Part shown: positions 25,432 through 35,240 of the stretch, piece after piece
Layout: every line of letters starts with the position of its first letter
Numbering within the stretch: the stretch's first letter is position 1
From: an uncultured Acidobacteriota bacterium
GTDB lineage: Bacteria > Acidobacteriota > Thermoanaerobaculia > Multivoradales > SZUA-115
DNA length: 64,000 nt
Assembly (NCBI GenBank): GCA_963805975.1
Contig: CAWDVR010000004.1
Location: 448,001-512,000, forward strand
Direction of reading: 5' to 3'
The notes under the pieces: generated by a model
What the model saw: the letters and a program-made list of their open reading frames with translations, nothing else
The model's database searches: none
What the model was told of the DNA's origin: nothing
Position numbers and translations under genes: made by a program

Positions 25432-26088
25432 TCAACAGACCCCACACGACCAGGCATAGAGGGCGCCCGAGGCGACCACGCCCCCGGTGCAGCCGATGCA
25501 GGCGTGCTCGTCGACCGGGCAGACCGGGCGCCAGGTCCGCTTGCAGGTGCTGAAGAGGGCACTCTCGCAGGTCCTGTAGTTCGGCGCCGGCAACCACTGG
25601 AGCGCGCCCTCGCACCCGCGCGGGCAGGCGTAACAGCCCCGGCAGCGGCTGAAGAGCCGGGCCTGGATCGCCCCAGCGCCGATCTCCGTCGTGAGGTCGA
25701 CGCGCGAGACGCTGGTCGTGGGCTCACCCGGCGCGGGGCGCGCCTCGGCCGGCTCCTCGCCGGTCAGCACCTTCACCTGGCCCTGAATCGGCGTCACCAC
25801 GCTGCCGTCGGGCATCAGCCAGGTGCCGTCCGCCTGCACCTCGGCCTCTACCGCGGCCGCGGCCTCGGCCTCGTGACCGGGGTTGATGACCAGCGTGCGG
25901 TGGACCGGGTCCCAGAACACCAGCAGTTGGGCGTCGATGGCGACCTGTCCGGAGTCCCGGTCGATGCCCCAGCCGGCCGACTTGTCGAGGGTGTCGGCGG
26001 GGGAATCCTCGGCGTTGGCGCCTACGGCTGCGACGAAGATCAGTGCTACGGCGATCAGTGAGGCCAGGGGCCAGCGAGTGAGTCTCAT
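25432..26088 (-). CDS. Secreted protein with acidic N-region and Cys-rich C-terminal domain
   Basis: GGAAGGAG RBS, signal peptide ending ANA, 11 Cys in the last ~70 aa. Confidence 0.75.
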   Translation of the reverse strand: MRLTRWPLASLIAVALIFVAAVGANAEDSPADTLDKSAGWGIDRDSGQVAIDAQLLVFWDPVHRTLVINPGHEAEAAAAVEAEVQADGTWLMPDGSVVTPIQGQVKVLTGEEPAEARPAPGEPTTSVSRVDLTTEIGAGAIQARLFSRCRGCYACPRGCEGALQWLPAPNYRTCESALFSTCKRTWRPVCPVDEHACIGCTGGVVASGALYAWSCGVC

Positions 26089-26156
26089 GACTTCTCTCTC
26101 CTTCCGACACGGGTCGGGATGGGGCCCGGCGGCGGGGAGCCGCCGGGAGCTGGCCG

Positions 26157-26186
26157 ATACGCGTAGAGCCGGCGAGATCGGGATCA
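26157..26186 (-). promoter_or_regulatory. Putative ECF promoter, copy 1
   Basis: TGATCCC-N16-CGCGTAT, repeated at 26968-26998. Confidence 0.65.
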
Positions 26187-26909
26187 GTGCCCTTCGAGGG
26201 CGCTCATCAGGGAGGCGGAGAGGCGCAGGCAGAAGAGACCGTAGGGATGGGTCTCGGTGACGCACGAGTAGCTGTCCTTGAGGACCTGGCCGTCCGTCTC
26301 CGCGAACAGCAGCGCGGTGCTGAGGCCCGAGTCGGGCAGGCTCGCCGGATCGGCAGCCGTCCATTTGCCGGAGGGGTTGAGGGCGAGGTCCAGCCAGAGC
26401 TCCGAGACCTGGCCCGTGCCCAGGTTGGCCATGCGCAGCACCACGGCCACGTAGAGGGTGCCGGCGAAGAGAGGGGGCAATCCATCCCTTCCGTTGGCCA
26501 GGTAGAGCCGGGAGACCGGCTGCGGCACCGCGGAGTTCAGCCGCACCGTGTAGCTGAACGTGCCGCAGGACCCTCTCCAGGGTGCGGGGTTCTTGAGGTC
26601 GAAGGCGCGCGGGGTCACCAGCACCTCGGTCACGTCTCCCAGCACCGTCGTCGCCAGCACCCCCAGCGGCAGGCTCGACGCCCAGGGGCTGTGGGCCCCG
26701 CCGTCGTTGGTGACCGGCAACTGCGCGTCCTGCGACCCGCGGGGCGTGGGGTCGAGCTCCATGCAGGCGGGGAGCCTCACGCCGAGATAGGAGGGCGTCG
26801 CGTCCGTGAGCTGGAGCGGGATCAAGCCCACCATGTCGGCGGCGGTGGGTTGAGCCGCGGCACCGGCGACGAACAGAAGAACCGCGAGGCGAAGGGATGC
26901 TCTTTTCAC
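26184..26909 (-). CDS. Secreted hypothetical protein
   Basis: AAGGAGG RBS, GTG start, signal peptide (KRASLRLAVLLFVAGAAAQPTAA), beta-rich body with 4 Cys. Confidence 0.7.
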   Translation of the reverse strand: MKRASLRLAVLLFVAGAAAQPTAADMVGLIPLQLTDATPSYLGVRLPACMELDPTPRGSQDAQLPVTNDGGAHSPWASSLPLGVLATTVLGDVTEVLVTPRAFDLKNPAPWRGSCGTFSYTVRLNSAVPQPVSRLYLANGRDGLPPLFAGTLYVAVVLRMANLGTGQVSELWLDLALNPSGKWTAADPASLPDSGLSTALLFAETDGQVLKDSYSCVTETHPYGLFCLRLSASLMSALEGH

Positions 26910-26967
26910 GGCTGGAACCTCCTTGGGGCGGCAGCCTCTCGGGTCGACCGAAGGCTTCGGACCGACC

Positions 26968-26998
26968 ATACGCGCAAAGAGTGCAGCTCAGGGGATCA
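26968..26998 (-). promoter_or_regulatory. Putative ECF promoter, copy 2
   Basis: TGATCCC-N17-CGCGTAT. Confidence 0.65.
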
Positions 26999-29902
26999 AG
27001 GGGGTATCCCTGCCGCGTGTTTTCCGGCGCGCTCGCGCTCTGCCGCGAGCTCTCGAAGACGGGCCAGGGCGAGCCGGGTCTCGGGATGATCGGGCCTACG
27101 GAGGCTCCCGAGCGTGCGGGAGCTGGCCGCGAGCAGGGCCTCGGCCTCCGCGAAGCGGCCGAGGGCGGTGTAGCAGGCGCCGAGCGCGCTCTCGACCTTC
27201 GCCACCTCGAGGGGCACCGGCGGCGACCCTCCCCGGCGCAGCTTCAGGGCCTCGTCGAGGAGCGGCTCCGCCTCGCCGGCGCGGCCCCGCTCGGTCAGCA
27301 CGCTGCCCAGCCCGAGGAGCGAGGTGGCGAGATCGGGGTGCGCCGCAGGCAGCACCTTACGCCGCAGGGCCAGGGCCCGCCGGTAGCTCTCCTCCGCCTC
27401 TCCCAGGCGGCCCGCCAGCCGCGCGATCCCGGCCAGCGTGTTGAGCGAGCCGGCCACGTCCGCGTGCTCCTCGCCCAGCGCCTCGCGCCGCAGGGCCAGC
27501 GCCCGGCCGGCCAGGCGCTCGGCCCCGCTCAGATCGCCGAGGTCGCGGTGCACCAGCGCGAGGTTGTTGAGGCCCCGCGCCACGTTGGCGGCCTGCTCGC
27601 CGGGAAGGCTCTCGTACAGCGCCACGGCACGCTCGAAGAGGGGCTCCGCCTCGACCGGGGCGCCCTTCTTCTGTAGCACGTTGGCGAGCCCGTTGAGGAC
27701 GTGGGCGAGATCCTCGCCCGGCCCTTCGCCACGGCGCTCGCGGATCGCGAGGGCCTGCCGGAAGGCGGTCTCCGCTGCACCGAGGTCGCCGCGCTTGTCC
27801 TCGACCGAGCCCAGGTTGGCGAGTGCCACCGCGATGTCGCCGTGGTCTGCCGGCAGGAGCCGGCGGCGGAGAGCGAGGGCCGCGCGGTACTGCTCGGCGG
27901 CGCGGTCGTACTGGCCGTTGCGGAAGAGGAGCGCGCCGAGCTGGCTCATCTGGCCGGCGAGGCGCGGGTCCCCACCGCCGAGCCTTCGCCGATGGATCGT
28001 CCCGGCCTGGGCGATGTGGCGCTCGGCGTCGCCCGGCAGGCCGCTCTCGATCTGCAGGGCGGCCAGGTTGAGCAGGCTCTCGGCGAGGTCGAGCTCGGCC
28101 TCGGCGCCGCCGGCCTCGCGCAACGCCGACGCCTCGAGCAGCGCCTGCTGCGCCGCCGGGAGCCGGCCCTGGTCCCAGTAGAGCAGGCCCAGGCCGTTCA
28201 GGCTGTCCGCGACCGCCAGGCTCTCGGCACCCGCGAGCCGGCGCCGGATCTCGAGCGCGCGCCGGTAGAGCGGCTCACTCTCCGCGCCCTGCCCCTGCTG
28301 GCGCAGCACGTCGGCGAGCTGCACCAGGGTCGTCGCCAGGTCGAGCTCCGCCTCGGGGCCTGGCAGGCGGGCGCGCAGCTCGAGCGCCTTCGCGAGCACG
28401 GAGTGCGCCTCCTCGTCGAGATCGAGCTGGTCGTAGACCTCGCCGATGACGTGCAGCAGGTGGCTGCGGGTCCCGGGGTCCGTGGCCAGCGCCGCGGCCG
28501 GGAGCCCGCTCCCGCCGTCCGCCGCGAGCAGGCGCCGGGCGCCGTCGTCGAGGATCTCGCGGGCGGTGACCTCGGCGCCGCGGCTCTGCGCCGGCTCGGA
28601 GGCCTTGAACAGGTAGACCAGGAAGGACGAGAGCGCCTCGGCCCGCCGCGCCTGGGCCGCCGCGCGGTCGCGCTCGAGCGCCGTCCGGTACGCCTGCCAG
28701 GCGCCGAAGGCGAGCGCGCAGGCGACGGTGAGCGCGACCGCGGCCGCCAGCTTGTGCCGCCGGAGCGCCCGGCCCAGCCGATAGGCGAGCGTCGGCCGGC
28801 GGGCCTTGACCGGCAGCCGCGCGAGATGACGCTCCACGTCCTCGGCCAGCTCGCGCACCGAGCCGTAGCGCGCCGCGGGGTCCTCGGCCAGGGCCTTGCC
28901 GACGATGGTGTCGAGGTCGCCGGTGAGCCGGCGGGCGAGGCGCTTGCGGTCGCCGGTGAACCCTTGCGATCCGAGGCTGCGCACCACCCGGCTGGGAGGC
29001 AGGAGGTCGCCGCCCAGGCCGCGCCGCGCCGCCTCGGCCGGGCTCCTGCCGGTCAAGAGCTCCTGGAGGAGCAATCCGAGGCCGTAGACGTCGGTCGCGG
29101 TGGTGACCGGCCGGCCTTGCCGTTGCTCGGGGCTCGCGTAGTCCGGCGTCATCGGCCCGGCCGGCAGGAAGGTGGCGGTGAGCGCCGGGGCCGAGGGGGC
29201 GAGCAGCTTGGCGATGCCGAAGTCGAGGAGCTTGGGCACGCCTTCCTCCGCCACCAGGACGTTCGCCGGTTTCAGGTCCCGGTGCACCACCAGGTTGCGG
29301 TGCGCGAGGGCCACCGCCGAGCAGAGGTCGAGCCACAAGCGGAGCCGCGCCTCGACGCCGAGCCGCTCCTCGGCGCAGTAGGCCACGAGCGGCCGGCCGT
29401 CGATGTGCTCGAGCACGAAATAGGGCCGGCCGTCCGCGGTCGAGCCGCCGTCGAGCAGGCGGGCGATGTTGGGGTGCTGGAGCTGCGCCAGGATCTGCCG
29501 CTCGGCCACGAAGCGACGGAGGATCTCGTCGCTGTCCATGCCGCGCTTGACGAGCTTGATCGCCACCTGCTGGGTGTAGGAGCCGTCGTCGCGGACCGCG
29601 AGATAGACCGCCCCCATGCCGCCGCGGCCGATCTCCCCCAGCACCCGGTAGGGGCCGATCCGGGTCGGGGCGGGTACTACGAGGTCGGGCCGGTCGGCCG
29701 GGTCCCGCTCCTCCGCCAGGCCCGGCCGCAGCGCGAGGAGGTCGAGGCTCTGATCGTGGGCGGCCAGCATGGCCGCGAGCCGCCCGCCGAGCGGTGGGTC
29801 CTCGGCCGCGGCCTCCGCCACCAGCGCCTGCCGCTCCTGCGGCGGGGCTTCGGCCGCCGCCTGGAAGAGCTGGTTCAGGCGGCGGAAGCGCTCAGGGTCC
29901 AT
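26996..29902 (-). CDS. Membrane Ser/Thr protein kinase with C-terminal TPR repeats
   Basis: GRGGMGAVY, VAIK, HRDLKPAN, DFG, YASPE, TM segment, TPR array. Confidence 0.95.
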   Translation of the reverse strand: MDPERFRRLNQLFQAAAEAPPQERQALVAEAAAEDPPLGGRLAAMLAAHDQSLDLLALRPGLAEERDPADRPDLVVPAPTRIGPYRVLGEIGRGGMGAVYLAVRDDGSYTQQVAIKLVKRGMDSDEILRRFVAERQILAQLQHPNIARLLDGGSTADGRPYFVLEHIDGRPLVAYCAEERLGVEARLRLWLDLCSAVALAHRNLVVHRDLKPANVLVAEEGVPKLLDFGIAKLLAPSAPALTATFLPAGPMTPDYASPEQRQGRPVTTATDVYGLGLLLQELLTGRSPAEAARRGLGGDLLPPSRVVRSLGSQGFTGDRKRLARRLTGDLDTIVGKALAEDPAARYGSVRELAEDVERHLARLPVKARRPTLAYRLGRALRRHKLAAAVALTVACALAFGAWQAYRTALERDRAAAQARRAEALSSFLVYLFKASEPAQSRGAEVTAREILDDGARRLLAADGGSGLPAAALATDPGTRSHLLHVIGEVYDQLDLDEEAHSVLAKALELRARLPGPEAELDLATTLVQLADVLRQQGQGAESEPLYRRALEIRRRLAGAESLAVADSLNGLGLLYWDQGRLPAAQQALLEASALREAGGAEAELDLAESLLNLAALQIESGLPGDAERHIAQAGTIHRRRLGGGDPRLAGQMSQLGALLFRNGQYDRAAEQYRAALALRRRLLPADHGDIAVALANLGSVEDKRGDLGAAETAFRQALAIRERRGEGPGEDLAHVLNGLANVLQKKGAPVEAEPLFERAVALYESLPGEQAANVARGLNNLALVHRDLGDLSGAERLAGRALALRREALGEEHADVAGSLNTLAGIARLAGRLGEAEESYRRALALRRKVLPAAHPDLATSLLGLGSVLTERGRAGEAEPLLDEALKLRRGGSPPVPLEVAKVESALGACYTALGRFAEAEALLAASSRTLGSLRRPDHPETRLALARLRELAAERERAGKHAAGIPP

Positions 29903-30485
29903 GGGCCGGTGCCTCGCCCGCCATCTCGACCATCAGCCAGGCACGGGCCGCGGCCCAGTCCCGCTTCACGGTCGGTGTGGAGACCCCCAGGGCCTGGGCC
30001 GTCTCCTCGACGGAGAGGCCGGCGAAAAAGCGCAGCTCGACGATCGACGCCTGGCGGCGGTCGAGGGCCTGGAGCGAGGTCAGGGCGCGGTCGAGAGAAA
30101 GCAGGTCGACCTCGCCGGGCTCGGGATTCGCCGCACCGGCGAGGGGCACGTCCGAGAGGAGCACGTCGGAGAGGGTCACGCGCCAGTGCTCGCCGCCTCG
30201 CTTCTTCGCCCGTCGGGCGCGGAAGTGGTCCACCAGCACCCGCCGCATCATCTGGGCCGCCACCAGGAAGAAATGCGACCGGTTGCGCCACTCCACCCGC
30301 TTCTGGTCCAGCATCCTGAGATAGGCCTCGTGGACCAGCGAGGTGGGCTGGAGCGTCAAGGGGCCGCTCTCCGCGCGCATGTACTTGCCCGCCAGGCGCC
30401 GCAGCTCGTCGTAGACCTCGGCCATCAGCCGGTCTACGGATTCGCGCTCGGGGCCCTCCTGGGGCGCATCGATCTCGTGAGCCAT
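29892..30485 (-). CDS. ECF sigma factor of the kinase-associated type (TIGR02999-like)
   Basis: VYDELRRLA, TLQPTSLVHEAYLR, MRRVLVDH.R...KKRGG, VELRFFAGL, TVKRDW. Confidence 0.92.
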   Translation of the reverse strand: MAHEIDAPQEGPERESVDRLMAEVYDELRRLAGKYMRAESGPLTLQPTSLVHEAYLRMLDQKRVEWRNRSHFFLVAAQMMRRVLVDHFRARRAKKRGGEHWRVTLSDVLLSDVPLAGAANPEPGEVDLLSLDRALTSLQALDRRQASIVELRFFAGLSVEETAQALGVSTPTVKRDWAAARAWLMVEMAGEAPAHGP

Positions 30486-30547
30486 GGCCGGGCTCGATTT
30501 TGTCCCAACCCTCCGGTCTTGTCAGTTGCGGTGGGCCCGCGTTCCGT

Positions 30548-33094
30548 TTAGCCGGGGGCGGCGGGGTAGGGCGCGGTCACCTGGGCTTCGAGGGCCTGCT
30601 CGATGCGTGCCCGGGCCTCCTCGAGATGGGCCCGGGTATAAGCATCGAGGCCCCTCGTGCCCAGGGCGGCGCCCAGCCGGCGGTCGAGGTCGGTGAGCAC
30701 GGAACGCGCCACCGAGCGGGCGTCGGCCGGCAGCCGGGGGTCGGCGGCGAGGAGGAGATAGGTCATCCGCTCGAGCCAGGCCCGCTGGAGGTCGCGGCGC
30801 GCGGTGGAGATCGCTGGCGCCGGCGCCGCCCACACCTCCCCCCAGGTCGTCTCGGCCAAACCGGTCAGGAGCTCCGGAATGGAGAGCACTGCCTCCGGCC
30901 CGAAGGCGCGCTCGGCGTCGAGCATCTGCGCCATCCGCAGCGGATCGGTCAGCGTTTCGAGGAGCCCCTTCTGGCGCTCCAGGAGCCTCGTGAGGTAGGG
31001 CGGGTCGATGCGACCGTCGTAGGTGCCGGGGTGCCCCCAGTGGTCCCAGTGGCGGGCGCCCATCTTCTGCATCACCTCGGGCGGCACCGGGAAGGCGTCC
31101 GGGCCGAAGGCCTCCCTGGCCAGGAGATCGAGCGCGTCGCGCTGCGTTGCTCTGGGCACCGGGGCGAAGGGTGGCCGGCCGCCGGCGTCGCCCACGTGGT
31201 CCTTGTACACATAGCGCCCGCCCACCTGGCGCACAGCGGATTCAAGGGCCTTGAAGTATTCCGCGGAGAGCAGGTCGACGGCGTCGGTCAGCTCGCCGTA
31301 GCGGGCGCCGTGGGTGAGCACCACCGCCGGCAGGCGGGGGAGGAGCTGCCGCACCAGCTCCGTGCGCTGCCGGGCCCAGGCAATGGGGTCGTCGGAGAGG
31401 TCCCAGACGCTGGTCAGCGGGTCGAGGGCGCCGGGCGCGTAGAGGTCGATGTCGCCGCCGGCAACGTGGAACGGCTCGCCGTTCTCCCGCAACGAAGCCT
31501 CGGCGCGCTCGCGGTCCGGGGAGTAGAGGTAGGAGATCGCCCAGCGGTCGTAGGGGCCGGGAGAGGTGAGGAAATAGTCGCCATTGGGCTGGCCCAGGGG
31601 CGCGAGGTTGACCGGCAGGTAGTCCATCACCGAGGCGGCGAGGCCGTGCTCGGCGGTCCACTGCCGGTCGTGGAGGCGTGAGAAGGGGGTCGCCGCCGAG
31701 GCACGGAAGTTGTGGTCGAGACCGAGGTCGTGGCCCACCTCGTGGAGCACCAGCCAGCGGATGAGCTGGCCGACGTATTCGGTGAGGGCGAGCTCGCCGG
31801 CGGCCGGGTCCGCCGCGGCCGCGGTCGTCGTCCCCGCTCGCACCGCGTGGTCCAGCCGCAGCAGGGCGGCGCCGCGGGCGATGCCGTCGGCGAAGTGGTC
31901 AGCGCCGCCGCGGGGCGCCACCAGGGTCTGCCACTGCGGGTAGACCTCCTCGATGACAGCGCCGTCGATCACCACGTCTGCGTCCAGGATCTCGCCGTGG
32001 CGCGGATCGACGATCGAGTTGCCGAAGGCGCCGAAGGGCGCCTCGGCCGCGGCCACCCAGGTCACGGTGGCGTAGCGCACGTCCGCCGGCTCGGCGTCCG
32101 CCGGCAGGGGCTCGGCACGCACCGCGCCCTCGAACCCGGCCGCCTCGAACGCCCGGTTCCAGGCCTCGATCCCTTGCCGCACGTAGAGCCGATAGGCCAG
32201 CGGGATCGAGTGGTCGAGGTGGAAGACGATCGGTTTCTTCGGCCGGTAGCGGTCGCCCACCTTCTCGCCCGGCGTGAGGCGCCAGCGGTTGGCGATGCGC
32301 TCGAAGAAGGCCGGGTCGCCGCGGCGCGAGAAGTCCTTGCGCACGCTGAGCGTGAAGCCGATGCGATCGTCCGCCCGCCGGGGCTCCATGGGCTCCGGCG
32401 AAGGCTCGACGAACGAGAAGTGCATGGCGAGCGGCAGGAAGCGAGCGTCCGGGACCGTGTCGAGCGCCTGGGGCTCGGCCGGCCGGAAGGTCAGCGAGGA
32501 GCGGATCTCGAGGTTCCGCGGGAAGGACTTCACCCAGGAGAGGTGGCTGCGGTCGGGATCGAGCTGGACGCTCGCCGGCTTGCCGGGCTCGCCCAGCGAC
32601 TCGCGCACGAAGCGCTCGACGTTGAAGAGGTCCGAGACCACCCAGGGGTGGATGTCGACGAGGACCGTTCCGTCCTTGCGCTCCGCCGCGATCTCCGCCG
32701 AGGTCAGCACCGACGCTCCGAAGCTGCGCGCCACCGCCACCGCCTCCGGGGTACCGGGATCCGCCGTGAAGCGGTGCGGGACCTGCTTCAGGAAGACCCG
32801 CTCGCCGTGGCGCTCGAAGACCACCACCTCGGCCTCCAGCCGGTCGTAGTTCGTGTTGGCGTGGAGCCCACGGGCGCCGATGCCCTGCGCGATCCGCGGC
32901 ACCACCAGGAGCTCCTGCCCGAAACGCTCGCGAGGAATCGCCAGATACAGGTGATCGCCCTTGCGATAGGTATCGAAAAGCCCCTGTTGGGCTTCGGCAT
33001 CCGTGACCAGAGTCTCGAAATCGGGCTCGTCGGCCGGCGTGGTGCCCGCGAGAGCGAGCAGCGCGATCGCAGCGATCGTGGCGGAGTGACGCAT
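30548..33094 (-). CDS. Secreted zinc metalloprotease (DUF5117/DUF4953, EcxA-like metzincin)
   Basis: Signal peptide, WNRAFEAAGF, DPRHGEILDAD, HEVGHDLGLDHNF, SVMDY Met-turn. Confidence 0.9.
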   Translation of the reverse strand: MRHSATIAAIALLALAGTTPADEPDFETLVTDAEAQQGLFDTYRKGDHLYLAIPRERFGQELLVVPRIAQGIGARGLHANTNYDRLEAEVVVFERHGERVFLKQVPHRFTADPGTPEAVAVARSFGASVLTSAEIAAERKDGTVLVDIHPWVVSDLFNVERFVRESLGEPGKPASVQLDPDRSHLSWVKSFPRNLEIRSSLTFRPAEPQALDTVPDARFLPLAMHFSFVEPSPEPMEPRRADDRIGFTLSVRKDFSRRGDPAFFERIANRWRLTPGEKVGDRYRPKKPIVFHLDHSIPLAYRLYVRQGIEAWNRAFEAAGFEGAVRAEPLPADAEPADVRYATVTWVAAAEAPFGAFGNSIVDPRHGEILDADVVIDGAVIEEVYPQWQTLVAPRGGADHFADGIARGAALLRLDHAVRAGTTTAAAADPAAGELALTEYVGQLIRWLVLHEVGHDLGLDHNFRASAATPFSRLHDRQWTAEHGLAASVMDYLPVNLAPLGQPNGDYFLTSPGPYDRWAISYLYSPDRERAEASLRENGEPFHVAGGDIDLYAPGALDPLTSVWDLSDDPIAWARQRTELVRQLLPRLPAVVLTHGARYGELTDAVDLLSAEYFKALESAVRQVGGRYVYKDHVGDAGGRPPFAPVPRATQRDALDLLAREAFGPDAFPVPPEVMQKMGARHWDHWGHPGTYDGRIDPPYLTRLLERQKGLLETLTDPLRMAQMLDAERAFGPEAVLSIPELLTGLAETTWGEVWAAPAPAISTARRDLQRAWLERMTYLLLAADPRLPADARSVARSVLTDLDRRLGAALGTRGLDAYTRAHLEEARARIEQALEAQVTAPYPAAPG

Positions 33095-33192
33095 GAAGGG
33101 GCTCCTTTCTCCGGCAGAAGTCGGAATGGAGTACGTACGTGCGAGGCCCGAGTTTGCCCGGGAGCCGTGGAAGCGTGTGCTAGGCTTTTTCG

Positions 33193-35130
33193 ATGTCCAC
33201 TGTATCTGAGGCGCTGAGGCTGACCCTGCCCGACGGTTCCCTGCGCGAAGTGGCGCCGGGCACGACGCCGCTCGCCGTGGCGCAGTCGATCGGCCCGCGG
33301 CTGGCCAAGGACGCCGTGGGCGCGGAGCTCGACGGCAAGCCCGTGGACCTGCGGCAGCCGCTCGGCAAGAGCGGCGCCTTTCGCATCTTCACCGGCAAGA
33401 GCCCGGAGGCCGGCTCGTTCGTTCGCCACAGCGCCGAGCACGTGCTGGCCGACGCCGTGCGCCGTCTGTGGCCGGAAGCCGAGTACGACGCCGGCCGCCA
33501 GGACCACTCCGAGAAGTACCAGTACGACTTCCGCTTTCCGCGCGCGTTCGCGCCCGAGGATCTCGAGAAGATCGAGCAGAAGATGCGCGAGATCCTGGCC
33601 GAGGACGCGCCCTTCGAGCGCCTCGAGGTGTCGCGCGAGGAGGCCGAGCGGGTGTTCCGCGAGATGGGCTTCACCTTGAAGCTCGAGCGCCTGAAGGACA
33701 TCCCCGCGGGCGAGACCATCACCCTCTACCGCCACGGCGCCTTCACCGATCTCTGCCGTGGCCCTCACGTGCAGCGCGCCGGGCAGATCGGCGCCGTGCG
33801 GCTGCTCGAGGCCTCCGGCGTCTACTTCAAGGGCAACGAGCAGGGCGAGAAGCTGCAACGCATCTACGGCACGGCCTTCACCTCCCAGGCCGAGCTCGAG
33901 GCCTACGACGCGGCGCAGAGCCAGGCCCGCGCACGCGACCACCGGCGCTTGGGGCCGGAACTCGATCTCTTCAGCTTCAGCCCGCTGGCGCCGGCCTCGC
34001 CGTTCTTCCACCCCAAGGGTTCGGTGATCTACAACGCGCTGACGGATTTCGTGCGCGGCCTCCAGACCGCTCGCGGCTACGGCGAGGTGGTGACGCCGCA
34101 GGTGATGGACGTCGAGCTGTGGCACACCTCCGGCCACTACGCGAACTACCGCGAGAACATGTTCTTCACCGACGTGGACGAGCGCCAGTTCGCGGTCAAG
34201 CCGATGAACTGCCCGGGCCACTGCCTGATTTTCAAGACCCGGCTGCGCTCCTACCGCGACCTGCCCATCCGCTATGCCGACTTCGGCCGCCTGCACCGCT
34301 ACGAGCGCAGCGGCGTCACCTCCGGGTTGACGCGGGTGCGCAGCTTCAGCCAGGACGACGCCCACATCTTCTGCACCGAGGAGCAGATCGAAGCGGAGGT
34401 GCTGGGCGCGGTGGCGATGATCCGCGAGATCTACGAGACTTTCGGCTTCGAGGACGTGGCGATCGCCGTCGGCACCCGGCCGGAGAAGTCGATCGGCGCC
34501 GCCGAACAGTGGCGGCACGCCGAGAGCGCCTTGCAGGCGGCGCTCGCCAAGCAGGGCCTCGCCTTCACCGTGAACCCCGGCGACGGCGCCTTCTATGGCC
34601 CGAAGATCGATTTTCAGGTGCGCGACGCGCTCGGCCGCCACTGGCAGCTCGGCACCGTGCAGCTCGACTACCAGCTCCCGGCCCGCTTCGCCCTCACCTA
34701 CGTGGGCGCCGACGGTTCCGAGCACCAGCCGGTGATGATCCACCGCGCCATGCTGGGCTCGCTCGAGAGGTTCATGGGCATCCTGATCGAGCACACCGGC
34801 GGCGTGTTCCCAGCCTGGCTGGCACCGGTGCAGGCGGTGGTGCTGCCGGTCTCCGAGAAACAGGCGGCCTACGCCGCCACGGTGCGCGACCGGCTGGCCG
34901 CGGCGGCCGTGCGGGTGGAGCTCGACGACCGCAGCGAGAAGCTGGGCTACAAGATCCGCGAGGCGCAGGTCGCCAAGGTGCCGTACATGCTGGTGGTCGG
35001 GGCGCGCGAGGAGGAGGCGGGTGCCGTCGCCGTTCGCCTCCGCAACGGCGAGGACCTGGGCACCTTGCCCACGGCCGATTTCCTGGCCCGCCTCGAGGAC
35101 CGGGTGCGGTCGCGAAGCCTCGAGTTGTAG
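33193..35130 (+). CDS. thrS: Threonyl-tRNA synthetase
   Basis: TGS domain, HSAEH, DLCRGPH, RDHRRLG, KPMNCPGH, AFYGPKID, MIHRA..GS.ERF. Confidence 0.97.
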   Translation: MSTVSEALRLTLPDGSLREVAPGTTPLAVAQSIGPRLAKDAVGAELDGKPVDLRQPLGKSGAFRIFTGKSPEAGSFVRHSAEHVLADAVRRLWPEAEYDAGRQDHSEKYQYDFRFPRAFAPEDLEKIEQKMREILAEDAPFERLEVSREEAERVFREMGFTLKLERLKDIPAGETITLYRHGAFTDLCRGPHVQRAGQIGAVRLLEASGVYFKGNEQGEKLQRIYGTAFTSQAELEAYDAAQSQARARDHRRLGPELDLFSFSPLAPASPFFHPKGSVIYNALTDFVRGLQTARGYGEVVTPQVMDVELWHTSGHYANYRENMFFTDVDERQFAVKPMNCPGHCLIFKTRLRSYRDLPIRYADFGRLHRYERSGVTSGLTRVRSFSQDDAHIFCTEEQIEAEVLGAVAMIREIYETFGFEDVAIAVGTRPEKSIGAAEQWRHAESALQAALAKQGLAFTVNPGDGAFYGPKIDFQVRDALGRHWQLGTVQLDYQLPARFALTYVGADGSEHQPVMIHRAMLGSLERFMGILIEHTGGVFPAWLAPVQAVVLPVSEKQAAYAATVRDRLAAAAVRVELDDRSEKLGYKIREAQVAKVPYMLVVGAREEEAGAVAVRLRNGEDLGTLPTADFLARLEDRVRSRSLEL

Positions 35131-35140
35131 GCTGCTCAAG

Positions 35141-35170
35141 TTGAAGGCAGAGGGGCCGATCGCGTACAAT
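35141..35170 (+). promoter_or_regulatory. Sigma70-like promoter for rpmI-rplT
   Basis: TTGAAG-18 nt-TACAAT. Confidence 0.55.
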
Positions 35171-35240
35171 ACTTTGCTCCCGTCTGGCCGGCTCCCGTCT
35201 GAGCGGGGCCCTATTTAGGGACAAACCAAGGAGTCTCTCC

